From positions 20,695-84,694 of the forward strand of contig DATEHC010000017.1 in assembly GCA_035279785.1 (NCBI GenBank): DNA of 64,000 nt, in the 5' to 3' direction. The notes under the pieces are model-generated. The model did no database searches, was not told the DNA's origin, and saw only the letters and a program-made list of their open reading frames with translations. The position numbers and the translations under genes are program-made. Positions 55,922-64,000 of the stretch are shown here, in pieces. Position 1 is the stretch's first letter. Each line of letters starts with the position of its first letter. This DNA is from Candidatus Dormiibacterota bacterium (GTDB lineage: Bacteria > Chloroflexota > Dormibacteria > Dormibacterales > Dormibacteraceae).

Positions 55922-56794
55922 TCAGTCCCGGCCCGCGGACACGATGCGGTTGCGGAGCTTGCCGATGCCCTCGACCTCGGTCTCCATCACGTCGCCGGGC
56001 TTCAGGTACTCGGGCGGGGTGCGCGCGAACCCGACGCCGTCGGGCGTGCCCGTCGCGATGATTGTGCCGGGCAGCAGCGTCAGCCCGATCGACACCCACT
56101 CGATCACCGCGTCGACCGAGTAGATCATGTCGCGCGTGTTGCCGTCCTGCTTCACCACGCCGTTGACGTGCAGCTGCAGGCCGAGGCTCTGCGGATCGGC
56201 GATCTCGTCGGCCGTCACGATCCACGGACCCATCGGCGAGCTGCGGTCAAGGCTCTTGCCCTTGAAGTACTGGCCGCCCCAGCCGCTCTGGATGTCGCGC
56301 GCCGTCACGTCGTTGAAGACCGTGTAGCCGAACACGTGCCGGCGCGCTTCGGAGCGGTTGATGCTGGCGCCCTTGCGGCCGATGATCACGCCGAGCTCGA
56401 CCTCCCAGTCGATCTTGTCGCTCACGGCCGGATCGATCGCGATGTCGGCCATGGGCTCGGTCAGCGACGTGATCGCCTTGCTGAAGACCGTCGGCGGGCT
56501 CGGCTCTCGACCTTCGACGGCAGCTGTCTCGGCAGCATGCTTCTGGTAGTTGCGGCCGATCGCGATCACATTGCCGCGTGGCAGCGGGATGGGGGAGAGC
56601 AGCTCGACCGAATCAAGCCGGCGAGCTTTCGCGCGACTCGACGACAATGCCGAGCGCGCCGCGGCAACGCCCGCATCACCGGCCTCGATCAGCGAGAGCA
56701 TGTCGCCTGGCTCGTCGATCTCGACCAGCTCGTCACCGTCACGCATCACACCGACGCGTACATCGCCACCGGCTCGAAATGTGATCAACCTCAC
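55922..56794 (-). CDS. Fumarylacetoacetate hydrolase (FAH) family protein
   Basis: 290 aa. 'IIGRKG...' and 'GTPDGVG' FAH-domain motifs. Confidence 0.85.
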   Translation of the reverse strand: MRLITFRAGGDVRVGVMRDGDELVEIDEPGDMLSLIEAGDAGVAAARSALSSSRAKARRLDSVELLSPIPLPRGNVIAIGRNYQKHAAETAAVEGREPSPPTVFSKAITSLTEPMADIAIDPAVSDKIDWEVELGVIIGRKGASINRSEARRHVFGYTVFNDVTARDIQSGWGGQYFKGKSLDRSSPMGPWIVTADEIADPQSLGLQLHVNGVVKQDGNTRDMIYSVDAVIEWVSIGLTLLPGTIIATGTPDGVGFARTPPEYLKPGDVMETEVEGIGKLRNRIVSAGRD

Positions 56795-57600
56795 TGGTTT
56801 TCCTCCTCGTCTGATTGCGTCGCCGGTCTGGCGCGCACGGCGCCCAGGAACATCGCCTCGAAGTCGTCGCGGCGCTGAAGGTCCTCGGGGCGGCCCTCCA
56901 ACCTGGTGGTCCCCGACACCAGCACGCTCGTCCAGCTCGCTATCTGAAGCGCAGCGCGCGCACGCTGCTCGACGAGCAGCACCGCCTTGCCCACTGCGGC
57001 CAGGGTGGTCACGTGCTCGCGCAAAAGGCTGTCCGCGAGCTTCGGGCTCAGGTTGGCGGTCGGCTCGTCGAGGATCAGGACCTTCGGGTCAAGCATCAGC
57101 ACCCTCGCGATCGCGAGCATCTTCCGTTCGCCGCCGCTGAGCTTGTCGGCGCGCCGCTTGAGCATCGGCGGCAGGGCGGGGAAGACTCCGCCGACCTGCT
57201 CGATGCGTTCCAGCACCTTCGCGCCGCTGAGCAGATAGCCGCCCATCTCGAGGTTCTCGCGCACGGTGAGCGACTCGAAGATGTCGTTCACCTGCGGCAC
57301 GTAGCCGACACCGTGGCGCGCGAGCACTTCGGGCGGACGGTTGGTCACGTCCTGGTCGCCGAGCATCACGCGCCCCGAGGTGACCCGCAGGATTCCGACC
57401 AGGCTCTTCAGAAGCGTGCTCTTGCCGGCGCCGTTGGGGCCGATGACGGCGACGATCTCCGATGGACCTACCGAGATCGACACGTCGCGGATCACGGGCA
57501 CGCCGCCGTATCCGGAGGTGACGCGCTCCGCGCTCAGGCTGGGCGCGGGCCGCTCGGCCGCCGGCGCCGGCTGTCTATCCAACAAGGTAAGCGTCGACAA
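56791..57600 (-). CDS. livF: Branched-chain amino-acid-type ABC transporter ATP-binding protein (LivF-like)
   Basis: Walker A 'GPNGAGKST', signature 'LSGGERKML'. The start is uncertain (TTG at 57600 or 57582). Confidence 0.85.
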   Translation of the reverse strand: MSTLTLLDRQPAPAAERPAPSLSAERVTSGYGGVPVIRDVSISVGPSEIVAVIGPNGAGKSTLLKSLVGILRVTSGRVMLGDQDVTNRPPEVLARHGVGYVPQVNDIFESLTVRENLEMGGYLLSGAKVLERIEQVGGVFPALPPMLKRRADKLSGGERKMLAIARVLMLDPKVLILDEPTANLSPKLADSLLREHVTTLAAVGKAVLLVEQRARAALQIASWTSVLVSGTTRLEGRPEDLQRRDDFEAMFLGAVRARPATQSDEEENQ

Positions 57601-58342
57601 TCTCTCGCTGCCGCCTCAAGCTGGCCATCGTGCCGCTGCCGATCAACTTTCCCTGCGCCATGACAAAAACCGAGTCGCACAGCGCTTCGACCAGGTGCAG
57701 CTCGTGCTCGACCATCAGGATCGTGAGCCCGTCCGCGCGCAGGGCCTGAAGGTAGTACTGGATCTCGCCGACGACGCGCGGGTGCACGCCCGACATCGGC
57801 TCGTCCAGGAGCAGGCAGCGGGGATGGAGCATCAGCGCGCGCATGATCTCGATAAGGCGCTTCTGGCCGCCGCTCATCGTGCCGGCGTAGTCGGACTCCT
57901 TGGCGGTCATCCCGAAACGCGCAAGCAGGCCGCGTGCTTCGGCGACGAGCCGGTCTTCGTCGTCGCCCCAATACCTGCGCCCGAGCAGCGCGCCCCACAG
58001 CGAGTCGCCGCGATTCCGCGGCGCCGCGACGAGAAGGTTCTCGAGCACCGTGAGGCGGGCGAACTCCGAGGGCAGCTGAAAGGTGCGCACCAGGCCCATC
58101 CGTGCTCGGCGGTACGCGGGCACACGCGTGATGTCGACGCCCTCGAACGTGATGCGGCCGCTGCTCGCGGGCAGAGTCCCCGCGAGAACGGCCATGAACG
58201 TGGACTTGCCGGCGCCGTTGGGGCCGATGAGGCCGGTGATCCTGCCCCGCGGCACCTCGAGCGACACGCCGTCGACCGCGTGCATGCCCTCGAAGTGGCG
58301 GTGGACGTCCTTGGTGACGAGCATGGCGTTGCTCTCAGGCAT
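57575..58342 (-). CDS. livG: Branched-chain amino-acid-type ABC transporter ATP-binding protein (LivG-like)
   Basis: Walker A 'GPNGAGKST', signature 'MSGGQKRL'. LivG-type C-terminus. Confidence 0.9.
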   Translation of the reverse strand: MPESNAMLVTKDVHRHFEGMHAVDGVSLEVPRGRITGLIGPNGAGKSTFMAVLAGTLPASSGRITFEGVDITRVPAYRRARMGLVRTFQLPSEFARLTVLENLLVAAPRNRGDSLWGALLGRRYWGDDEDRLVAEARGLLARFGMTAKESDYAGTMSGGQKRLIEIMRALMLHPRCLLLDEPMSGVHPRVVGEIQYYLQALRADGLTILMVEHELHLVEALCDSVFVMAQGKLIGSGTMASLRRQREIVDAYLVG

Positions 58343-59303
58343 CGGGCGCGCCCTCGTAAACGCGTCGCGGCTCGGGCCGCACGCCCTCGGGCCGGAACCA
58401 CAGAAAGCCGAGGATGAAGAGCCCGATGAAGACCCACTCGAGCGCCGGGATCAGGTTCGGAGGACCGATGTTCATGCGGGTGAGGAGGCGCGTCACCTCC
58501 TCGAACCCGACGGGCACGAGCAATGCGCCGAGAATCGCGCCCACGTTGTTGCCTCGGCCGCCGACGATGACGGCCGCGAAAAGGATGATCGTCTCCGGGT
58601 AGAGCCAGGTCGATGGCGCCCACACCTGCAGGAAGCCGACGAGGATGGCGCCCGACAGGCCCGCGATCGCCCCGCCGACGATGAAGACGGTGATCTTCAT
58701 CGCGACCGGGTTCTTGCCAAGCGCGGTCGCTGCCAGCTCGTGGTCGCGCATCGCGCGCAGCGAACGGCCGAAGGGAGAGTTGACGATGCGGGCGGCGAGG
58801 AACCAGACGATCGCCACGCACACCGCCGTCAGAAATATGTAGAGGTACTGATAGCTGTCCGCGCCGGTGTCGAGCTGGTCCTGCAGCGGCTGGGGAACGA
58901 GGGCGAGTCCCGCGGCGCCGTTGAGCCACGGCCTGGCGTTGTTGATCACCGTGTTGGCGATGATCGAGGTCACCAGCAGCGCGATCGCCTGATAGTCGGC
59001 GCGAAGCTTGCGAAGGACGACGAGCCCCACTGGAATGGCGAGCAGCGCCCCCGCGATCGCGCCGCCGATCCAGGGAAACGGGAACGGCAGCTGATAGCCG
59101 CCGACGTAGATCTGGAAGCTGTAGTCGGGGTTGGTGTCCGGCGGCATCGAGAGGATCGCGGCCGCGTAGGCGCCGGCGGCCTGGAAGATGATGAAGCTGA
59201 AGTTCACGATCCCCGAGACGCCGAACTGCAGGTTCAGCGCGAGGCACGCGATGATGTCGACGCCCGCGAAGATCAAGAGGTTGGCCGCGTAGTAGGTGTT
59301 CAT
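58335..59303 (-). CDS. livM: Branched-chain amino-acid-type ABC permease (LivM-like)
   Basis: ATG at 59303 overlaps the livH stop (ATGA). Multi-TM. Confidence 0.85.
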   Translation of the reverse strand: MNTYYAANLLIFAGVDIIACLALNLQFGVSGIVNFSFIIFQAAGAYAAAILSMPPDTNPDYSFQIYVGGYQLPFPFPWIGGAIAGALLAIPVGLVVLRKLRADYQAIALLVTSIIANTVINNARPWLNGAAGLALVPQPLQDQLDTGADSYQYLYIFLTAVCVAIVWFLAARIVNSPFGRSLRAMRDHELAATALGKNPVAMKITVFIVGGAIAGLSGAILVGFLQVWAPSTWLYPETIILFAAVIVGGRGNNVGAILGALLVPVGFEEVTRLLTRMNIGPPNLIPALEWVFIGLFILGFLWFRPEGVRPEPRRVYEGAPDA

Positions 59304-60184
59304 CCGGCGGCCGCGAGCGCTCCGCGCTTGGCCAGCAGGCCCTGCGGGCGCAGGACCATCACGAGCACCAGGATGGCGAAGGCGACGACCTGTTTGTAGT
59401 CGGGCGACCACGCGGCCGCGCTCAGCTCGGTGACGATGCCGATCACGACCGCGCCGAGCATCGCCCCGTAAGGCTGACCCGCTCCACCGAGGACGGCGGC
59501 AGCCAGCGCGGTGATCAAGAATCCCGCGCCGCTCGCGATCGTGAACGAGTCCGAGTCCAGCGCCGCGACGACGCCGGCGAGCCCGCACAGCGCTCCGGTG
59601 ATGAGCCACACCACGTCGATCACGCGCTGGGTCGGAATCCCAGAGCTTCTTGCCAGCGTCGGGTTGGAGGCGGTCGCGCGCATCGCCTTGCCGAGCCGCG
59701 TGTAGCGCAGCAGCGCGTGGATGCCGAGCATCACCGCGATGGCGAGAAAGATGATCGCGATCTGGTTGACGGTCAGCGCGATCGATCCGAAGCGCAGCAG
59801 CGAGCTGAAGCGCTCGCGGTAAGACACGCTGAAGTAGTCGACGATCGGCAGCAGAAGGTTGGAGATCATCAGCGACACGGCGAGCGAGACGATGACCATG
59901 CCGAGCAGTCCCGTGCCCCGGCGCTGGAACGGAGCGTAGATGAAGCGATTGATCAGGAAAGAGAACACGGCGCCGAACAGCGCTCCGCCGATCGTGGCAA
60001 TCCAGATGGACACGCCTGCGCGGTCGATGTAGTACGCGACGTAGGCGGATGCGATCATCACCTCGCCGTACGCGAGGTTGATCATGTTCGTGATCCCGAA
60101 CTGCATTGTGAAGCCGACCGCGGCGATGGCGATCACGGACGCGCTCACCAGGCCGAAGCCGAACGCCGCGACGTACAGGCTCAC
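59300..60184 (-). CDS. livH: Branched-chain amino-acid-type ABC permease (LivH-like)
   Basis: 294 aa, multi-TM. 'NLAYGEVMI' is typical of LivH. Confidence 0.9.
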   Translation of the reverse strand: MSLYVAAFGFGLVSASVIAIAAVGFTMQFGITNMINLAYGEVMIASAYVAYYIDRAGVSIWIATIGGALFGAVFSFLINRFIYAPFQRRGTGLLGMVIVSLAVSLMISNLLLPIVDYFSVSYRERFSSLLRFGSIALTVNQIAIIFLAIAVMLGIHALLRYTRLGKAMRATASNPTLARSSGIPTQRVIDVVWLITGALCGLAGVVAALDSDSFTIASGAGFLITALAAAVLGGAGQPYGAMLGAVVIGIVTELSAAAWSPDYKQVVAFAILVLVMVLRPQGLLAKRGALAAAG

Positions 60185-60214
60185 GGCGTCACCCCTTGAT
60201 ACCGCTCCGGTCCC

Positions 60215-61534
60215 TTAGATTCCTCCAGCGTCGCTGAGCGCTTTGGTCTGGTCCGGGGTGAGCTGCGCGACCTGGACCTCGTTCCCCTGGGCGTCGTACT
60301 TGACCAGGATGTAGCCCGACTGCGAGTTGTTGTACTGGTCGAAGTTGTTCTCCCCTGCCGCGCCCACGTACCGGATCGACTTGCCCGCCTTCAGCGCGTC
60401 AAGCCCTTCCTTGTAAGTGTGGACGACGGTGGCGCCCGACGTGCCGTTCGCGATCTCCTTGATCTTCGGGTTGTAGACCGTCGCGTCGTGGCTGTTGGTG
60501 GCGACCATCGCCAGCGCGGCCATGATGATGCCGTCGTACAGGTGGAGCGTCGAGCCGCGCTGGTTGTACTTGGGCGCGTTGGCGAACGTCGACGCGGCGA
60601 TCTTCAGGTTGTTCTGGAACTCGTCGTAGGCCGTGCCCGAGAACGTGTAGCCGAGATCGACGCCGCGGTAGTTGGCCACGAGGTCGTCGACGCCGATCGT
60701 GCTCGTCACGTCCTTGAACCACTGCGGGTCGATGGTGGCCGACGTGCCGACGAACGGAATCGTCTTCGTGCCGTTCAGCTCCTTGACCTCGCCGAGGTAC
60801 GTTCCGGCGGAGCCCAGCGCCTCGGTGAAGATGACGTCGGGCTTGAACTGCAGCATCGCCGTCACCTCGGTCCTGAAGGACGACGCGCCGAGGTGGATGG
60901 GGAAGTTCTGCACCGTTTTGCCGAAATGCTTGAGCGCGTTGGTCGCGGGCTCGACGAACGACTGCGAGCCGATGTCGTCACCGAAGACGAGGGCGACCTT
61001 GTTCCACGCCGGGTGGTTCGGGCCGTACTGGACCCACCCCACCATCGCGTACGCGTCGAAGATGTCCGCCGGCACCAGGCGGTGGAAGTACTGGAGCTTC
61101 GTCTTGTTGAACTCGCTCTGGCCGGTCATGCAGAACATCGGAACGTGGGCCTTGTCGACGATGGGTGCGACCGCCGACGCCTCGTCCGACGTGCAGCCGA
61201 CGACCGCCAGCAGGTTGGAGTTGCTGGCGATCATCTGATTGGCGGCCGGCGCCGCGTCCGCGGGCTCACCGCGCGTGTCGAACTGCTGGCACTTGACCTG
61301 GCGTCCGCCGACGCCGCCGTTGTTGTTGATCTCCGGCGCCGCGGCGAGGCAGGCCGCGTAATAAGCCGGGCCGAGGTTGGCGTCGGCGCCGCTGAACGGC
61401 GCCAATACACCCACCAGCAAGTCCCCCGAGCCAAGCCCTCCTCCCGAAGAGCTGGAGCCTCCACCACACGCCGCCAGGACCAGGGCTGCCAGAAGGGTTG
61501 CCGTCGCGCCCATACGTGGCTGGAACATCTTCAC
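60215..61534 (-). CDS. Liv-type (family 4/ANF-receptor) periplasmic ligand-binding lipoprotein
   Basis: Lipobox 'VLAACGGG'. GTG at 61534 lies 6 nt after GGAGGA, with ATG at 61528 as an alternative. The longer ORF to 61621 is unlikely. Confidence 0.85.
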   Translation of the reverse strand: MKMFQPRMGATATLLAALVLAACGGGSSSSGGGLGSGDLLVGVLAPFSGADANLGPAYYAACLAAAPEINNNGGVGGRQVKCQQFDTRGEPADAAPAANQMIASNSNLLAVVGCTSDEASAVAPIVDKAHVPMFCMTGQSEFNKTKLQYFHRLVPADIFDAYAMVGWVQYGPNHPAWNKVALVFGDDIGSQSFVEPATNALKHFGKTVQNFPIHLGASSFRTEVTAMLQFKPDVIFTEALGSAGTYLGEVKELNGTKTIPFVGTSATIDPQWFKDVTSTIGVDDLVANYRGVDLGYTFSGTAYDEFQNNLKIAASTFANAPKYNQRGSTLHLYDGIIMAALAMVATNSHDATVYNPKIKEIANGTSGATVVHTYKEGLDALKAGKSIRYVGAAGENNFDQYNNSQSGYILVKYDAQGNEVQVAQLTPDQTKALSDAGGI

Positions 61535-61569
61535 CGCACGTCCTCCCCCGGAAAAAACGTCTACGGAAT

Positions 61570-61577
61570 TGTCGACA
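61570..61577. promoter_or_regulatory. Palindrome TGTCGACA in the livJ-like/GntR divergent intergenic region (candidate GntR operator core)
   Basis: Perfect 8-bp palindrome with a GT..AC core in an AT-rich context. Confidence 0.3.
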
Positions 61578-61607
61578 TTATTGAGGATAATCTCTTGAAC
61601 GGCAACC

Positions 61608-62270
61608 ATGAGGCCGCGCAAGGACCCGTACCACCAGCTTCGCGAGTCGATCGTGAGCGGCCAGTTTCATCCCAACGAGAGGCTGGTCGAAGCGAACATC
61701 GCCCAGCGGATCGGCGCGGGTCGGACCGCAGTGCGCTCCGCACTCGTGCGCCTTGACCAGGAGGGCCTGGTCAAGCTCGAGCACAACCGCGGCGCACGCG
61801 TGCGCTTGATCAGCGACCGCGAGGCCCTCGAGATCGAGGAGGTCCGCGCCGCGCTCGAAGGGATGCTTGCACGTCGGGCGGCCGAGCGCATCAAGCCCGA
61901 CGGGCTGCGCGCGCTGCGCCAGGTGATGGTGCAGATGCGCGGCCGCGTAGAAGCCGGCGACTCGATCGGATACTCGGAGCTGAACGCCACCTTTCACCAG
62001 CTCATCTGGACGGCGGCCGATCACCCGACCGCAAGCAACCTCGTGGCGAGCTTGAAGTCGCAGGGGATCCGATTCCAGTACCAGACGGCGCTGAGGCCGG
62101 GACGCGCGCAGCGCTCGCTGCGCGAGCACGATGCGATCTTCGCGGCCCTGAAGGCGCACGACGGGGACGAGGCCGAGGCGGCGATGCGCGGCCACCTGGC
62201 GGAGGTGCTCGACACCCTCAAGTGGGCGATCGAGACGCAGCACCGCACGGCGCGCTGGCTGCCCGGTTAG
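61608..62270 (+). CDS. GntR-family (FadR/FCD subfamily) transcriptional regulator
   Basis: 220 aa. wHTH 'ERLVEANIAQRIGAGRTAVRSALVRLDQEGLV' plus a helical FCD-like C-terminal domain. Confidence 0.9.
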   Translation: MRPRKDPYHQLRESIVSGQFHPNERLVEANIAQRIGAGRTAVRSALVRLDQEGLVKLEHNRGARVRLISDREALEIEEVRAALEGMLARRAAERIKPDGLRALRQVMVQMRGRVEAGDSIGYSELNATFHQLIWTAADHPTASNLVASLKSQGIRFQYQTALRPGRAQRSLREHDAIFAALKAHDGDEAEAAMRGHLAEVLDTLKWAIETQHRTARWLPG

Positions 62271-63223
62271 TCCGCTTTTAGGGCCACCGCCTCGGCAAGC
62301 TTCGCCAGGCCGTAGAGCGCACGCAGGGAAGGGACCTCGACCTTCTGCCAGCCTGCGATCTCGATCACTGCGCCCAGCAGGGCGTCGAGCTCGAGCGGTT
62401 TGCGCGCCTCGAGGTCCTGCAGGGTCGAGGTCTTGTGAGGCCCGACCGCCGCCGCCCCACGCATGCGCTTTTCGATACTGATCGGCAGCTCTACCCCGAG
62501 CGCATGCGCGACCGATTCGACCTCCTCCATCAGCGTCCGAATGAGCTGGCGGCTGCCCTCGGACTGAAACATCTCGGACTCCGTCGCCCGCGTCACCACG
62601 CTGACGGGATTGAGGGTTGCGTTGCCGACCAGCTTGAGCCATATCTCGCTGCGCAGCCGCGTCTGTACGGGAGCCTTGAAGCCCGCCTTCGAGAGCATTG
62701 CCGACAGCCGCTGCACCCTGTCAGTCCGCGCGCCGTCCGGCTCACCGAGGGAGAAACGATCGCCGTCCTCGTGCAAGACCACTCCGGGCTCCACGACGGC
62801 CGCGCCAGGGTAGACCACGCAACCGACCACCTGGCCCATCGGGATGCTGCGCGCGATCACGCCGCCCGGATCCACCGATTCGAGGTGGCGGTCCGGAAAG
62901 TACCACCACGGGACGCCGTTGATGGCGGCGACGACAGTCGCTTCGTCACGCAAGGCCGCTCCCATCTGCGGCGCGAGAGCGGGAATCGTGTGCGCCTTCA
63001 GCGTGATGAAGACCGCGTCGGCTTGGCCGACCGCGCCGATCTCGTCGGTGGCGCGCGGATGGACCGTGAACTCCTCCTGGCCGCCGCGGACCGTGAGGCC
63101 GTTTGTTTTCAAGGCCGCGAGGTTGGCGCCGCGGGCAATCAGGATCACGTCCTCGCCCGCGCGTGACAGATGCGCGCCGAGCAACCCGCCGATGGCCCCC
63201 GCGCCGACGATCGCGACGGTCAT
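62267..63223 (-). CDS. 2-dehydropantoate 2-reductase family (PanE/ApbA) oxidoreductase
   Basis: 'VAIVGAGAIGG' Rossmann motif plus a ketopantoate reductase-like C-terminal domain. Confidence 0.85.
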   Translation of the reverse strand: MTVAIVGAGAIGGLLGAHLSRAGEDVILIARGANLAALKTNGLTVRGGQEEFTVHPRATDEIGAVGQADAVFITLKAHTIPALAPQMGAALRDEATVVAAINGVPWWYFPDRHLESVDPGGVIARSIPMGQVVGCVVYPGAAVVEPGVVLHEDGDRFSLGEPDGARTDRVQRLSAMLSKAGFKAPVQTRLRSEIWLKLVGNATLNPVSVVTRATESEMFQSEGSRQLIRTLMEEVESVAHALGVELPISIEKRMRGAAAVGPHKTSTLQDLEARKPLELDALLGAVIEIAGWQKVEVPSLRALYGLAKLAEAVALKAD

Positions 63224-63247
63224 CTCTGGACAGTCACTTCTTGACAG

Positions 63248-64000
<753 letters not shown>

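Overview
GC-rich bacterial chromosomal segment; the gene content resembles Actinobacteria or Chloroflexi, but no taxon can be assigned from this window. It is densely packed with about 75 protein-coding genes, many joined by 1-4 nt start/stop overlaps. By eye I found no rRNA, tRNA, CRISPR array, transposase, integrase or phage genes, so this reads as core/accessory metabolism and signalling rather than a mobile island. Layout: (1) 162-8528 (+), an ABC-importer-linked MurNAc/GlcNAc recycling operon (SBP, two permeases, nagZ, murQ, nagA, BadF-type kinase, SIS protein). (2) 8512-17781 (-), a signalling island: a PAS-GAF-GAF-LuxR regulator, a Ser/Thr-kinase-REC-HD-GYP fusion, a hybrid histidine kinase with two receivers, two stand-alone receivers and a second histidine kinase. 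(3) 17.8-41 kb, assorted stress, redox, transport and cell-wall genes: DUF899, OmpR/HK pair, secreted beta-propeller, YciE-like, AI-2E, TreT-like GT4, ABC1 kinase, MFS-TetR-NUDIX operon, M50 protease, sulfite-oxidase-like enzyme, VIT1, and a MurI homologue with both catalytic Cys replaced by Ser. (4) 41-48 kb: an eRF1-fold (baeRF/Vms1-like) protein, transaldolase, ABC-2 exporter, GGT. (5) 48-53 kb: ArsR/DUF5937, a DsbA/FrnE-like gene with an in-frame TGA, VOC, DUF1801, SnoaL, HxlR. (6) 53-64 kb: psuK-psuG, then a Liv-type ABC importer with DapA-like, FAH, GntR, PanE-like and acyl-CoA ligase genes. The DsbA/FrnE-like gene is the most notable item. Its first redox Cys codon (C-P-W-C) is TGA and a SECIS-like hairpin lies 13 nt downstream, making it a candidate selenoprotein. 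Other items worth a second look are the STK-REC-HD-GYP fusion, the Ser/Ser MurI homologue, the truncated eRF1-fold protein, three tightly coupled genes whose only plausible start is CTG (one is an unannotated small membrane ORF), and an 11-bp tandem duplication that creates a relay of two identical 4-codon mini-ORFs between nagZ and murQ. Function calls come from motif and family recognition by eye. No database search was run.
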